This document shows positions 1-10,825 of a stretch of DNA of 64,000 nt, one piece after another. Under the pieces are notes generated by a model. It was not told the DNA's origin. It saw only the letters and a program-made list of their open reading frames with translations, and did not search any database. Origin of the DNA: Roseibacillus sp. (GTDB lineage: Bacteria; Verrucomicrobiota; Verrucomicrobiia; Verrucomicrobiales; Akkermansiaceae); contig CBDEUM010000038.1 in NCBI GenBank assembly GCA_965242925.1, positions 256,001-320,000 of the forward strand, given 5' to 3'. Positions within the stretch are counted from its first letter, which is position 1. Every line of letters starts with the position of its first letter. The translations under genes and the position numbers were made by a program.

Positions 1-185
1 GCGAATCCCCGTCGTGCGAGCCTGCAGATGCCTGCCCACAGGGCGCCTGCGACTGGCTTTGGGGGAGGATGAGCGATGCGCCATGAGGATTGATCTTAGC
101 AATTTTTATAAGGGGTTCCAAAATAATTGTGGCCGAGGAGGGAATTGCACTGGAAATGAGCTTCAACCCGGCCTAGTGGTCGCCG

Positions 186-878
186 GTGCCCGAGGAGCCT
201 TTGATTTTAGCCCAGGACGTTCATCGTAGCTACTTGCTGGGGAGGAAAGAAGTGGAGGTGTTGCGCGGGATTGATCTGGAGATCATGCAGGGTGAGCGGG
301 TTTTCCTGTGCGGGGCGAGTGGAGCGGGCAAGACAACCCTGCTGTATACTCTGGCGGGTCTCGAACGACCACAGCGGGGTCGGGTGCAGATTGGAGGAGA
401 AGATCTCTACGGATTATCGAGGAGGGATCAGAGCCTGCTTCGCAACAGTAAGATGGGCTACATTTTTCAGAATTACTATCTCCTGCCCGAACTGACCGCC
501 TTGGAAAACGTGATGATTCCGGGAATGATCCGGTCGCGGAATGTCCGCAGGCGCGCCATTGAACTGCTTGCAGAGGTGGGACTGGAGGAACGCAGTCATC
601 ATCTGCCGGCGGAACTGAGTGGCGGTGAACAGCAGCGGGTTGCCATCGCGAGGGCACTGGTAAACGATCCGGCCATGGTCTTCGCGGACGAACCCACCGG
701 GAATCTGGATTCTCGCAACGGAGGCGAGGTGATGGAGTTGCTCCTTGATTTCGCCGGGAACCTGAAGACCACCCTGGTGGTGGTGACCCACGACCGTAGT
801 CTCGCCAGGTTGGGGGATCGCACCCTGGAGATCCTGGACGGGAAAATGATTGAGGAGGAGACGGATGCGGGGGGGTAG
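186..878 (+). CDS. lolD: ABC transporter ATP-binding protein, LolD/MacB-like
   Basis: Walker A GASGAGKTT, signature LSGGEQQRVAIARAL, Walker B VFADEPTGNLD, H-loop VVVTHD. Confidence 0.8.
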   Translation: MPEEPLILAQDVHRSYLLGRKEVEVLRGIDLEIMQGERVFLCGASGAGKTTLLYTLAGLERPQRGRVQIGGEDLYGLSRRDQSLLRNSKMGYIFQNYYLLPELTALENVMIPGMIRSRNVRRRAIELLAEVGLEERSHHLPAELSGGEQQRVAIARALVNDPAMVFADEPTGNLDSRNGGEVMELLLDFAGNLKTTLVVVTHDRSLARLGDRTLEILDGKMIEEETDAGG

Positions 879-940
879 AACCACCGTCGAGTATTGATTG
901 CAATCCGGCGCGGAGCATCCAAAGTCGCGGTCCGAAATTC

Positions 941-1822
941 ATGGCGCTCAAAATCTGGTATGATGGATCCCTGGTGGACGAAGCGGAGGCGAGGGTCCCG
1001 GTTTTCGACCATGGATTGCTGTATGGTGACGGGGTCTTTGAGGGAATCCGGTTCTACAGTGGACGGGTTTTTCGTCTGCCTGAGCACGTTGATCGGCTTT
1101 TTGCCTCCTCCAGGGCCATCCTGCTGGAACTTCCCTGGTCCCGGGCAGGAATCATCGAGCATATTCTCGAAACCATTCGTGCCAATAACCTCGAGAACGG
1201 TTACGTGCGCCTTCTTGTCACCCGGGGAGTGGGGACCCTGGGTCTCAGCCCGGAGAGCTGTAAGCGCCCTTCCTTGATCATTATTGCGGCAGACATTCAA
1301 CTTTATCCACAATCGGACTACGATGTGGGGTTGAAGGTGGTTACCTGCGTCACCCGGCGTCCCAGCCACACCTCTTTAAGTCCCCAGGTAAAGTCACTGA
1401 ACTATCTCAATAACGTGATGGCCAAGGTGGAGGCTACTAGGGCAGGCGGCCGGGAGGGCCTCATGCTGAACGAGCAGGGTTATGTGGCAGAGTGCACCGG
1501 GGATAACATCTTCATTGTGAAGAACGGCGTAGTCTACACACCACCAGTCTCTGACGGGGGATTGGACGGCATTACCAGAGGGGTTATTTTTGAGCTCGCG
1601 GAGCAATTGGAGGTCACCATCCGGGAAAGAACCATGACCCGGTTCGACATAATGACGGCGCACGAGTGCTTTCTGACCGGGACCGCGGCGGAAGTAATTC
1701 CAGCGGTTGAACTGGATCATCGTCCTATTGGGGAAGGGGGGCCGGGGCCGCTCACAGCTCGTTTTATAGAGGCTTACCGGACTCTTGTTCGCAATTCCGG
1801 CACCCCCATCGGCGGGGAGTAA
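941..1822 (+). CDS. ilvE: Branched-chain amino acid aminotransferase (class IV PLP)
   Basis: DHGLLYGDGVFEGIR, PLP Lys in VKSLNYLNN, ECTGDNIF, LDGITR, GTAAEV. Confidence 0.93.
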   Translation: MALKIWYDGSLVDEAEARVPVFDHGLLYGDGVFEGIRFYSGRVFRLPEHVDRLFASSRAILLELPWSRAGIIEHILETIRANNLENGYVRLLVTRGVGTLGLSPESCKRPSLIIIAADIQLYPQSDYDVGLKVVTCVTRRPSHTSLSPQVKSLNYLNNVMAKVEATRAGGREGLMLNEQGYVAECTGDNIFIVKNGVVYTPPVSDGGLDGITRGVIFELAEQLEVTIRERTMTRFDIMTAHECFLTGTAAEVIPAVELDHRPIGEGGPGPLTARFIEAYRTLVRNSGTPIGGE

Positions 1823-1873
1823 ATCTTGCTTTTTATTTCGAATTTGGGGGGAGCTGCATTAGAGTTCCTCCGC

Positions 1874-2380
1874 ATGCAGTGTGACTTTTGCGAGAAAAAG
1901 GCGACTGTCTTCCTCACTCAGCTGATTGAAGGAGAGATGAAGAAGATGTGCCTTTGTGAAGAGTGCGCTGAGGAGAAGGGGGTGACTGATCCCGCCGGCT
2001 TCTCTCTGGCGGATTCGGTGCTGGGAGGAGAAACTGCTACGGATCCTGGAGACATCATCACAATTTCGGACGACGGAGTGCCGTGTCCGATCTGTGGTTT
2101 TACCTTCAACAAGTTCCAGCAGGTAGGCCGTTTGGGGTGCAGTGAATGTTACAAGACTTTTGCCGACGAAGTCGGGCGCCGTCTCAAGGGGATGCACAAG
2201 GGGACGGTGCATGTGGGTCGGGTTCCCGAGGGTCTTGTGGAGGCTCATGCGCGCCAACAAAGACTTGACCAGTTGCGTGGACGGCTGGAGCAGGCCATTG
2301 CTGCCGAGAATTACGAAGAGGCTGCTGGGCTGCGGGATGAAATCCACGAGGTCGAGAATAGTGTAGTGACGCAGCCATGA
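1874..2380 (+). CDS. mcsA: McsA, activator of protein arginine kinase (CXXC motifs plus UVR domain)
   Basis: Four CXXC motifs (CDFC, CEEC, CPIC, CSEC), C-terminal AIAAENYEEAAGLRDEI; overlaps mcsB start; ATG at 1874 chosen. Confidence 0.9.
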   Translation: MQCDFCEKKATVFLTQLIEGEMKKMCLCEECAEEKGVTDPAGFSLADSVLGGETATDPGDIITISDDGVPCPICGFTFNKFQQVGRLGCSECYKTFADEVGRRLKGMHKGTVHVGRVPEGLVEAHARQQRLDQLRGRLEQAIAAENYEEAAGLRDEIHEVENSVVTQP

Positions 2381-3504
2381 TGCGGTTCTCCACTCTGTTA
2401 AAGCATCCGGCCGACTGGATGACGGGTGCGGCAAAGGGGACTGGCGTGGTTCTGACCAGTCGGGTGCGCCTTGCGCGTAACCTCCACCGCGAACCGTTTC
2501 CGGGGTGGTCCACCAAGGAGCGCCGGGTGGGCTTGCTGGAGCGGGTGAAGCCCGAGGTGGAAGCACTCCCGGAGATGAAAAATGGGTTCTCACAGGAACT
2601 GGACAGTCTGACCTCTCTCCAGAAGCAGGTCCTCGTCGAGCGGCATCTGATCAGTCGTGAGCAGGCCGCGAGGGGTGAGGGAAGTGCGGCCATCGTCAAC
2701 CGCAAGCAGGCTCTGTGCCTGATGATCAATGAGGAAGATCACCTTCGCATGCAGGCTATCCGACCAGGACTGGCCCTGAGCGAGGCCTATGAACTTGTAT
2801 CTTCGATTGGCACCCAGCTTGAGAGCAGCCTCGAGTTCGCCTTTGATCATGAGTTGGGCTATCTGAGTGCCTGCCCCACCAACTTGGGAACCGGCATGCG
2901 GGCTTCTGCGATGTTGCATCTTCCCGGGTTGGTGTTAAGCGATCAGATCGCTCAGGTGCTGCAGGCGGTGGGGAAGCTGCAACTGGCTGTACGCGGTTTT
3001 TTCGGGGAGGGCACGGAGTCTCTCGGGAACCTCTTTCAGGTCTCAAACCAGTCCACTCTCGGGGAGAGTGAAGAGACGATTATTCGGCGTCTTGAGCGTG
3101 TGATTGAGCAAGTGGTCTCCCACGAGCGCAACGCCCGGTTGAAACTTTTCGAAGATGACGCCGACATGGTATTTGATCGGGTTGGACGGGCTTATGGAAC
3201 TCTTCGACACGCGCATATCATCGCCTCTAAGGAAGCTCTCAATCTGCTGTCCCTGCTGCGTCTGGGCGCCGAGTTGGAATTTTTCCCGCCTGAGACGGGA
3301 GGAACCTGCGATTCATTGCTGATGGAGATTCAGCCGGCCCACCTGCAGCTACATTCGGGAAAAAAATTGACTCCTGAACAGCGGGATGCGATTCGGGCTG
3401 AAATCATCCGGACCCGGTTGCAATCGCTCGATCCGCCTGTTATGAGTGAGAGACAAGAGGACGAAGACCGGGAAGACCCTCCTGATACCATTGTTGATTT
3501 ATGA
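2377..3504 (+). CDS. mcsB: Protein arginine kinase McsB
   Basis: SRVRLARN, INEEDHLR, CPTNLGTGMRAS phosphagen-kinase motifs; between mcsA and clpC. Confidence 0.93.
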   Translation: MMRFSTLLKHPADWMTGAAKGTGVVLTSRVRLARNLHREPFPGWSTKERRVGLLERVKPEVEALPEMKNGFSQELDSLTSLQKQVLVERHLISREQAARGEGSAAIVNRKQALCLMINEEDHLRMQAIRPGLALSEAYELVSSIGTQLESSLEFAFDHELGYLSACPTNLGTGMRASAMLHLPGLVLSDQIAQVLQAVGKLQLAVRGFFGEGTESLGNLFQVSNQSTLGESEETIIRRLERVIEQVVSHERNARLKLFEDDADMVFDRVGRAYGTLRHAHIIASKEALNLLSLLRLGAELEFFPPETGGTCDSLLMEIQPAHLQLHSGKKLTPEQRDAIRAEIIRTRLQSLDPPVMSERQEDEDREDPPDTIVDL

Positions 3505-6014
3505 ATAATTTCACCCCGAGGGCGCAACAGGTTCTGGCGCTCGCCCGAAAGGAAGCAGACCGGTTCAACCACAACTATGTGGGTACCGAGCATCTGCTGC
3601 TTGGACTGATCAAACTGGGCCAGGGGGTGGCTGTGAGTGTGCTGGAGCGCATGGGGCTTGATCTGGAGTCGGTGCGCATGGAGGTAGAGAAGCAGGTTGG
3701 AACCGGACCGGATCAGAAGGTCTCCGGTAATATTCCCTACACCCCCCGGGTGAAGAAAGTGCTTGCGCTTGCTAACAAGGAAGCGAAGGCGCTTAACCAT
3801 TCCTATGTCGGAACTGAGCACATCCTGTTAGGCTTACTTCGCGAAGGGGAGGGGGTTGCGGCTCGCGTGCTTCAGACCCTTGGCGTCGATATTCAGCGTA
3901 CGCGTAACGAGATTTTGGCGGAGATCGATCCTAACTTTTCCCCGGAGGAATCTGATGATGAATTCGAAGGTTTTGAGGATGACGAAGAACTGATGGAGGG
4001 GGGCGGTGAAGGCAAGGCCAAGACGCCTGCCCTGCGGGCTTTCGGGCGGGACCTTACAAAAATTGCCCGGGACGGAGAACTCGACCCCGTGATCGGTCGC
4101 GAGACTGAAATCGAGCGCGTGATCCAGATCCTGTGTCGCCGGACCAAGAATAATCCTGTGATGGTGGGCGAAGCGGGTGTCGGCAAGACCGCCATAGTGG
4201 AAGGCCTGGCCCAGGAGATCGGAGCGGGCAATGTACCGGAGATCCTGCGGGAGAAACGTGTGGTAACCCTGGATCTTGCCCTGATGGTGGCGGGGACGAA
4301 ATATCGTGGGCAGTTCGAGGAGCGAATCAAGGCCGTCATGGACGAGATCCGCAAGGTAAAGAATGTCATTCTGTTCATCGACGAGTTGCACACCATCGTG
4401 GGCGCTGGATCGGCAGAGGGGGCAATGGACGCCTCAAATATCATCAAGCCGGCTCTGAGCCGCGGGGAGTTGCAGTGTGTCGGAGCGACCACCCTCAACG
4501 AATACCGTAAGTATATTGAGAAGGATGCCGCCCTGGAACGCCGGTTTCAGCAGGTCAAGGTGGAGGAGCCTTCCGTTGAGGATGCCATCGCCATTCTGCA
4601 GGGATTACAGGACAGGTATGAGCAGCATCACAAGGTGCGGTATTCGCCCGAAGCGGTCGAGTCATCCGTGCGCCTGACCTCACGATACCTGACTGGTCGC
4701 TTCCTGCCGGACAAGGCCATTGATGTGCTCGATGAGTCCGGCGCGCGCGCCCGGATTGCGACGCTGACCCGTCCCCCTGAGCTCAAGGGACTGGAGGGAA
4801 ATATCGAGAAGATCAACAAGGAGAAGGTGGCCGCGATTAACTCGCAGGACTTTGAGAAGGCGGCTTCGCTGCGAGACACCGAAAAGCAGGCCAAGAAGGA
4901 GTTGGAGGATCTCATCGGTTCCTGGAAATCCGAGAGCGAGGAGAAGGTGGTGGACGTCGACGAGGACGACATCATGACGGTGATCGCCAAGTGGACCGGC
5001 GTGCCACTCCAGCGCATGGAGGAGAAGGAGACTGAGAAACTCCTCCGCATGGAGGAAGAACTGAAGCATCACGTGGTGGGCCAGGATGCGGCGGTGGTTA
5101 CCATTTCGAAGGCTCTCCGGCGTTCGCGGGCGGACCTCAAGGATCCGCGTCGCCCAATCGGAAGCTTTCTCTTCCTGGGACCTACCGGGGTCGGCAAGAC
5201 CTATCTGGCCCGTAACCTCGCCGAATTCATGTTCGGCGACCCGGAGGCGCTCATTCAGATCGACATGTCTGAATACATGGAAAAATTCACCTCCAGCCGG
5301 TTGATAGGGTCGCCCCCCGGTTATGTCGGATACGAAGAGGGGGGACAACTCTCCGAGTCGGTGCGCCGTCGTCCCTATTCAGTGGTGCTTTTTGATGAGA
5401 TAGAGAAGGCGCACCCGGATGTCATGAACCTGCTTCTCCAGATTCTGGAAGAAGGCATGATCACGGATAGCTTCGGCCGCAAGATCGATTTCCGTAACAC
5501 CATCATCATCATGACCTCCAATGTGGGGGCGCAGAGCATCAAGCGCCAGACCTCGCTTGGATTTGGAGCGATGAGTGAGGGCCAAGCCGATTTTGAGGGC
5601 ATGAAGGAAAAGATCATGGAAGAGGCCAAGAAGGAGTATAAGCCGGAGTTCCTGAATCGCCTCGACGACCTGGTGGTCTTCAAGATGCTTGAGAAGGACA
5701 GTCTCTCCTCCATCGTGAATCTCGAAATCGACAAGTTTCTGGTGCGCCTCAGGGAAAAGGAGATCGAACTGGAACTGGAGGCCTCGGCCCGCGATTTCCT
5801 CATTACGGAAGGATACGATCCGAACTTCGGAGCCCGTCCCATGCGCCGTGCGGTAGAGCGCCATCTTGAGGATCCTCTGGCGGAGGCTCTTCTTCGGGCG
5901 GAATTCAAGGCAGGTGACTTGGTAACCGTAAGCCATGAGAAGGGCTCCAAGGAACTTTCCTTGGAGGTCAAGCCTTCCAAGCCTGAACCGGACGAGGCAG
6001 AGGTGACCGGCTAG
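3501..6014 (+). CDS. clpC: ATP-dependent Clp protease ATPase ClpC
   Basis: Two Clp-N repeats (YVGTEH), AAA1 [14 protein letters not shown]2 GPTGVGKT, ClpP-docking LGF loop. Confidence 0.95.
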   Translation: MNNFTPRAQQVLALARKEADRFNHNYVGTEHLLLGLIKLGQGVAVSVLERMGLDLESVRMEVEKQVGTGPDQKVSGNIPYTPRVKKVLALANKEAKALNHSYVGTEHILLGLLREGEGVAARVLQTLGVDIQRTRNEILAEIDPNFSPEESDDEFEGFEDDEELMEGGGEGKAKTPALRAFGRDLTKIARDGELDPVIGRETEIERVIQILCRRTKNNPVMVGEAGVGKTAIVEGLAQEIGAGNVPEILREKRVVTLDLALMVAGTKYRGQFEERIKAVMDEIRKVKNVILFIDELHTIVGAGSAEGAMDASNIIKPALSRGELQCVGATTLNEYRKYIEKDAALERRFQQVKVEEPSVEDAIAILQGLQDRYEQHHKVRYSPEAVESSVRLTSRYLTGRFLPDKAIDVLDESGARARIATLTRPPELKGLEGNIEKINKEKVAAINSQDFEKAASLRDTEKQAKKELEDLIGSWKSESEEKVVDVDEDDIMTVIAKWTGVPLQRMEEKETEKLLRMEEELKHHVVGQDAAVVTISKALRRSRADLKDPRRPIGSFLFLGPTGVGKTYLARNLAEFMFGDPEALIQIDMSEYMEKFTSSRLIGSPPGYVGYEEGGQLSESVRRRPYSVVLFDEIEKAHPDVMNLLLQILEEGMITDSFGRKIDFRNTIIIMTSNVGAQSIKRQTSLGFGAMSEGQADFEGMKEKIMEEAKKEYKPEFLNRLDDLVVFKMLEKDSLSSIVNLEIDKFLVRLREKEIELELEASARDFLITEGYDPNFGARPMRRAVERHLEDPLAEALLRAEFKAGDLVTVSHEKGSKELSLEVKPSKPEPDEAEVTG

Positions 6015-6027
6015 CAGGATGGGGAAG

Positions 6028-6082
6028 GATCCCGTGACCGCGCGAAGATATCCATTTTCCCGGTGGCGCGTCGCTGGGGATC
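6028..6082. terminator. Imperfect hairpin between convergent clpC and phoR, possible terminator
   Basis: GATCCC-GTGAC-CGCGC ... GCGCG-TCGC-TGGGGATC complementarity; no U-tract. Confidence 0.3.
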
Positions 6083-6179
6083 GGTCTGGTTCCGTTATTG
6101 CGGGTGGAATCTGTAGATGCGCCCTGGCGTGACCTCAGAGCTTCTCCGATTCAACTGCCCGGCACGGTGGTGTTTTGAC

Positions 6180-7472
6180 TCAGCCTGCCGAGCTTCCTTG
6201 CCCAGGTTGAGAAACAACGGTGGTGGCAGTCTCGGGGGAGTGCTTGTTCTGTTTTTTCCGGTGGATGGTCTGTAGCGGGAGAGTTATTTCAAAGCGGGTA
6301 TCTTCACCAGGGGTAGAGGTCACCTCGATGGCTCCCCCGTGAGCCTCCACCGCCCGGCGGACGATGGAGAGTCCCAGTCCTGTTCCCTTGATCTCTACCT
6401 GGGAGTGATGCTTTTCCACGCGATAGAATCGCCGGAAAATGAAGGGCAGGTCTGCAGAGGGAATGCCTACTCCATTGTCGCTCACCCAGATTGCCAGCCC
6501 GTCTCCGGTTTCTTCCCAGCCAACCTCTACGGTGAGGGGACTATCGGGATTCTGCTTGAGTGCATTATCCACGAGATTGAAGAGAATCTGGGTCCAGTAA
6601 AAGCGGTCGCCCTGTAGACGGAGTTTCGGATTTCCCATCCTGAGTTCTACCGTGCACCCCTGTTCGGTAATCACCGATTCCAGACGTTCCACGACATCCT
6701 GCACGCATCGCTCCAGGCGGAAGGGCTTGAGCTTCAGAGTGCTTGCCTCACCAGATTCAAGGCGCGAAATAATCAGCATGTCTTCCACAATGCGGGCAAT
6801 CCGCCGTCCGTGTTTTCCCATGATCTTGAGAAAGCGCAGTGCGGTGTCGCGGTCATCAAGAAGGTTTCCCTCAATGAGGTTCTCAAGGTATCCGTTAATG
6901 ATGGCCAGAGGGGTGCGCAGTTCGTGAGAGGCGTTGGCGACAAAGTCCTTGCGGACCTGGTCGGTGTGGTGCTCGGCAGTGGTGTTGCGGATCGTGACCC
7001 GGAGGGGACTGTCGGGATCGTCCGGTTCGACGGGTCCGGCATCTACGAGCCAGGCGGTTTCTCCGGCCTGCTCGTGGCTGCCCAGAGTGGCGGATTGCTG
7101 GGAGAGAATGACCTGCGTGGTGACCGCCCGGTGTCCGGTCACTGCTTCACGGATGGGTTCCGCCAGTCGTTCCTCAAGGAAGACTTCATCGAGATGCCGA
7201 TCCACTATGCTGCCCCCGGGGAAGAGTTCTTCAGCGGGGGAGTTGGCGTGGCGGATGATTCCTTTTGGATCGAGCAGGAAGAACGGGTCATTCAGCGCAT
7301 TGAGTAGTCTGCGGCTCTGGCTCTCTCGCAAGACGAGGGCATTTTCGTGCTCTTGCTCAAGGCGTTCTTTTTCCTCTGCAGCCTGTCGGCGCTCGCGAGA
7401 GAGTCGCATGGTGGTGATGACGAGGAGGACCGCCATGAAGGCACAGATAATACCGAGAGAGAGAGGGAGCAT
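6180..7472 (-). CDS. phoR: PhoR-like sensor histidine kinase (TM, PAS, HisKA, HATPase)
   Basis: RKDFVANASHELRTPL H-box, NLVDNALK, DNGVGIP, FYRV, GTGLGLSIV; coupled to a PhoB-like gene. Confidence 0.8.
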   Translation of the reverse strand: MLPLSLGIICAFMAVLLVITTMRLSRERRQAAEEKERLEQEHENALVLRESQSRRLLNALNDPFFLLDPKGIIRHANSPAEELFPGGSIVDRHLDEVFLEERLAEPIREAVTGHRAVTTQVILSQQSATLGSHEQAGETAWLVDAGPVEPDDPDSPLRVTIRNTTAEHHTDQVRKDFVANASHELRTPLAIINGYLENLIEGNLLDDRDTALRFLKIMGKHGRRIARIVEDMLIISRLESGEASTLKLKPFRLERCVQDVVERLESVITEQGCTVELRMGNPKLRLQGDRFYWTQILFNLVDNALKQNPDSPLTVEVGWEETGDGLAIWVSDNGVGIPSADLPFIFRRFYRVEKHHSQVEIKGTGLGLSIVRRAVEAHGGAIEVTSTPGEDTRFEITLPLQTIHRKKQNKHSPETATTVVSQPGQGSSAG

Positions 7473-8152
7473 CAGGTTAGTTCGCGGAGACGATACCCCA
7501 CCCCCCGCATGGTTTCCACCATTCCCGCCTGATCGCCCAGCTTTCTCCGCAGCCTCTTCATATGGGTGTCCAGGGTCCGGCTGTTCACGGCATCACTGTA
7601 TCCCCACACATGGCGGAGCAGGTCGTGACGACTCTGGGGGGTGCCTGCGCGCTCGCTCAGGTACAGAAGCAATTTGAACTCGGTAGCGGTGAGATCGAGC
7701 TCCTCATTGGATAGAAAGAACTTCAAGGTGTTCTTCTCGAAAAGCAGGGGGCCATATTCAAAGCGGGCTGATCCGGGGACCGCTTCGGACCGTCGCAGAA
7801 CGGATTGTACGCGTAGAATCAATTCCTTGGGACTGAAGGGTTTTGTGAGGTAGTCGTCAGCCCCTGCCTCAAGGCCCTGGATACGGTCCTCGGTCTGAGC
7901 ACGGGCGGTCAACATGATGACCGGAGTTCTGTTGGCACGGGAGTCCCGCCGAAGATCCTTGAAGACAGAGAACCCGTCCTTGCCGGGCAGCATGAGGTCC
8001 AGGAGTATCAGGTCCGGTCCCTCCGCCAATGCCAGGTCCAGACCGGAGATGCCATCGTGGGCGATGACAGTGGTGTACCCGGCCCGATCCAGGTTGAATG
8101 CGATAAGTTCCGCTATATCCGGTTCGTCCTCGACAATCAGGATCTTATGCAT
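7472..8152 (-). CDS. phoB: OmpR/PhoB-family response regulator
   Basis: ILIVEDE, LLDLMLP, GADDYLTKPFS, winged helix RTLDTHMKRLRRKL...ETMRGVGY. Confidence 0.8.
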   Translation of the reverse strand: MHKILIVEDEPDIAELIAFNLDRAGYTTVIAHDGISGLDLALAEGPDLILLDLMLPGKDGFSVFKDLRRDSRANRTPVIMLTARAQTEDRIQGLEAGADDYLTKPFSPKELILRVQSVLRRSEAVPGSARFEYGPLLFEKNTLKFFLSNEELDLTATEFKLLLYLSERAGTPQSRHDLLRHVWGYSDAVNSRTLDTHMKRLRRKLGDQAGMVETMRGVGYRLRELT

Positions 8153-8234
8153 GGTCAGGTCTCCGTTACCCTTTCCAGGAAGTGGCACCTTTCTTTAAAT
8201 GTGACGAATGCGTCAGAGACGTCAACGAAGGGCT

Positions 8235-9338
8235 TTACCTTTTGCGGTGCTCCTCATGCCAGTCCTGGTAGACCTGCGGGGAGATCTCCGAGGGTTTGAT
8301 CTCGCTTCGGCCACCCCAGAAGACATTGGTGTAGGATACCGGAATTCCGACCTCTTGGAGGTGGCGATCGATGGAGGCCTTATGCGCCAAGACAGTATTC
8401 TTCTCGGAACCGTGGACCACTCCCATGATGTTCACATTTCCGAATTCGGGTCCAGCCTCCCGCCAGTAGGCATGTGTCATGCAGTGGTGGCGGCCCACCT
8501 CGCCGCCGGCCTCAACTTCCCGTCCCGGGGGGACAGCCCAGTGAAAGAGACCATTAAAGCGTGTCACGCGTTTGCCTGTTCTGGATGGCTTGGCGTGTTC
8601 CAGGAAGGTCGAAAAGCGTCCGATCACTTTCCTGGAATTGAGAATGCGAGCCACCTCAATGAACCGGCCAAGGGAAACCCCCGCCACTTCGGCGCGCCGA
8701 TCCCACGGATTTTCTATGATCTCGTCCGGTTCCAGCTCTTCCTTCATGACCATGAGGACCCGCCATTCTTCCTCGTTCAGTTCCACGGTAGTGGTGGTCA
8801 TCATCTGGGCAGCTTTGTCGATCCGCGCGCCGGGTTCCAGTCCCCTGCGGCGCACATGACCGACTCCAAGGGCGAAGAGGCCTGCGGCGGGCATGAGGAG
8901 GAACTTGTCCGCTCCGACAAGGCGTTGCAGAACTTCACCGTGCTCCTGCAGGGATTGTCCCTGGGGGACCTTGAGAGTGGTCCAGAGACGGTATGCGGAA
9001 CCCGAAACCTCTTCGTCGGTGGAGCGAATGACCACGTGTCCGGAGAAAGGATCCTTCTGGGACATGAAGTCGAAGGCATCATTCAGTCTCTCAGGCGCCA
9101 CTTTCCATGCCACGAGGGCACCGTGAGCCAGTTTGGTGGCCAGCAGGGTTTGACGCACGCGCCTGATAACCCCGGCCTCCAGCATGGCACGGATGCGCTC
9201 CAGAACTGTTTCGAGGGGAACGCCGGATTGATGAGAAATAACGTGAAAGGGTCGCTCCTGAAATCCTTCCACCAGGTCTTCGGATACGGAAAGGATGCGC
9301 GCGTTCGTGGTGTCGTCGTGCTCGGTGGGGATAATCAT
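8235..9338 (-). CDS. Fused siroheme decarboxylase AhbA/AhbB (NirDL/GH-like; two AsnC-like halves)
   Basis: Two HTH plus RAM-like modules: GVIRRV...GALVAWKV...GHVVIR...YRLWTTL and KVIGRFS...NGLFHWAV...MTHAYWR...NIMGVVH. Confidence 0.7.
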   Translation of the reverse strand: MIIPTEHDDTTNARILSVSEDLVEGFQERPFHVISHQSGVPLETVLERIRAMLEAGVIRRVRQTLLATKLAHGALVAWKVAPERLNDAFDFMSQKDPFSGHVVIRSTDEEVSGSAYRLWTTLKVPQGQSLQEHGEVLQRLVGADKFLLMPAAGLFALGVGHVRRRGLEPGARIDKAAQMMTTTTVELNEEEWRVLMVMKEELEPDEIIENPWDRRAEVAGVSLGRFIEVARILNSRKVIGRFSTFLEHAKPSRTGKRVTRFNGLFHWAVPPGREVEAGGEVGRHHCMTHAYWREAGPEFGNVNIMGVVHGSEKNTVLAHKASIDRHLQEVGIPVSYTNVFWGGRSEIKPSEISPQVYQDWHEEHRKR

Positions 9339-9427
9339 GGAGTTCGGGAGCAAATGCGTGTGGAGCAGGTCCTGGGGGACTGTGTGAATTTCTTCGAAAT
9401 TGCGTGACCAATGTGGATGGCTCCGGT

Positions 9428-10747
9428 CTAGTCCGAAACAAATTTCTCACGGATGGCGGCAAGGGCTGTGTCCCGCTCGTGGAGGCGGCCTTCAAGTTGC
9501 TCGATCTGTACGAATTCGAGGATCTCGCTGAAGAGAGGACCCGGGTTGAAGCCGAGGCTGATCAGGTCGTGTCCGCTCACGAGGGGAGGGGGAATAAGGG
9601 GTTCGCTGGCGAACTCATCCGCCTTGGTCTGCAGAAATTCAATGTTGTCCAGCATGCCATGGCTGCTGCTACAGTCCACGCGGTGCAGTTCCAGTTCATT
9701 TTCGTAGGTGGTGCGCGCCATGAAGCGTTTGAGCTTTGCGGTGCGCATGCGCTGGACGTTCATGAAGTTCATGTGGTTGGCCACCATGGAAGATACGTCA
9801 TCGATGATCTGGTTTGAGTAGCGGAGACGCCGCAGGATCTCCTCGGCCATGTGCGCGCCAAGGCGGTCATGTCCACTGTTCCGGATCCGCCCGGTTTCAT
9901 CGACTGTAAAGGTGGGGGGTTTGGCAATGTCATGCAGCATGACGGATAGCGCCAGCTCCAGGGAAGAGCTCTCTCCGAGGAGGTCGAGCATGATCAGGGT
10001 GTGGACATAGACGTCTCCTTCCGGATGGAACTGAGGTGGTTGTTCGCATCCCTTCAGGGCCAGGAACTCCGGAACGATGAACTCCATGAGTCCGCTTTCG
10101 ACCAGGAGTTCCACCCCAAGCCGTCGCGAGGAATGCGTGATGATCTTGTCAAACTCATCCCTGATGCGTTCGGGGCTCACCCGTTGCAGCAGTGAAGCGT
10201 CTGCGCGCAGCGCCTCCCAGGTGGCGGGATCGATTTTGAAACCGGTGTAGAGGACGAACCTCAGAGCCCGCAGGAGACGGAGGGAGTCTTCCTCGAATCG
10301 TGCGCGGGGTATTCCGATTGTTCGCAAGACGCCGGCCTCGAGATCCTTCCGCCCTCCGACGTAGTCGAGAATCTCCCCGCTCATGGGATCCTCGAAGAGT
10401 CCATTGATGGTGAAGTCGCGGCGGCCAGCGTCCTCCTCGGCATTGGTAAAGGTCACGCTGTCAGGATGGCGTCCATCAAGATAAGTGCCGTCCGAGCGGA
10501 AGGTCGCGATCTGAAACTGATATCCGTTTTCGCGAACGATGATCACACCGAAATGAGCACCCACCTCATCGCTTCCGGGAAAGAGATGAAGGATTTCTTC
10601 TGGTCGTGCCGAGGTTGCAATGTCGTAGTCATCGGGTTCCCTGCCGAGCAGGGCGTCCCGAACGCAGCCCCCGGCGAACAACGCCTGATGCCCCGCACCG
10701 GTGAGACGGCGCGCGACAGACTCGGCGGTTTGGCGGAGCGGTTGCAT
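9428..10747 (-). CDS. cca: CCA tRNA nucleotidyltransferase with HD domain
   Basis: AGGCVRD, DYDIAT, EDAGRRDFTING, EDSLRLLRALRF, HPEGDVYVHT, LHDIAKP. Confidence 0.85.
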   Translation of the reverse strand: MQPLRQTAESVARRLTGAGHQALFAGGCVRDALLGREPDDYDIATSARPEEILHLFPGSDEVGAHFGVIIVRENGYQFQIATFRSDGTYLDGRHPDSVTFTNAEEDAGRRDFTINGLFEDPMSGEILDYVGGRKDLEAGVLRTIGIPRARFEEDSLRLLRALRFVLYTGFKIDPATWEALRADASLLQRVSPERIRDEFDKIITHSSRRLGVELLVESGLMEFIVPEFLALKGCEQPPQFHPEGDVYVHTLIMLDLLGESSSLELALSVMLHDIAKPPTFTVDETGRIRNSGHDRLGAHMAEEILRRLRYSNQIIDDVSSMVANHMNFMNVQRMRTAKLKRFMARTTYENELELHRVDCSSSHGMLDNIEFLQTKADEFASEPLIPPPLVSGHDLISLGFNPGPLFSEILEFVQIEQLEGRLHERDTALAAIREKFVSD

Positions 10748-10825
10748 GGAGTTTCCAAAGCATAACCTGGCGCGGGCACAAATGTTATTTTCGAAATCCG
10801 AAGGAAAGGGCATACTGTATGGCAG

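Noticed and set aside
1..84. Partial minus-strand CDS starting at ATG 84 (MAHRSSSPKASRRRP...)
   Set aside because: Only 28 codons in the window; cannot be supported or identified.
1303..1311. DnaA box TTATCCACA, suggesting oriC given recF and parB in the window
   Set aside because: Single copy inside ilvE; no box cluster, no dnaA, and no parS palindrome noticed.
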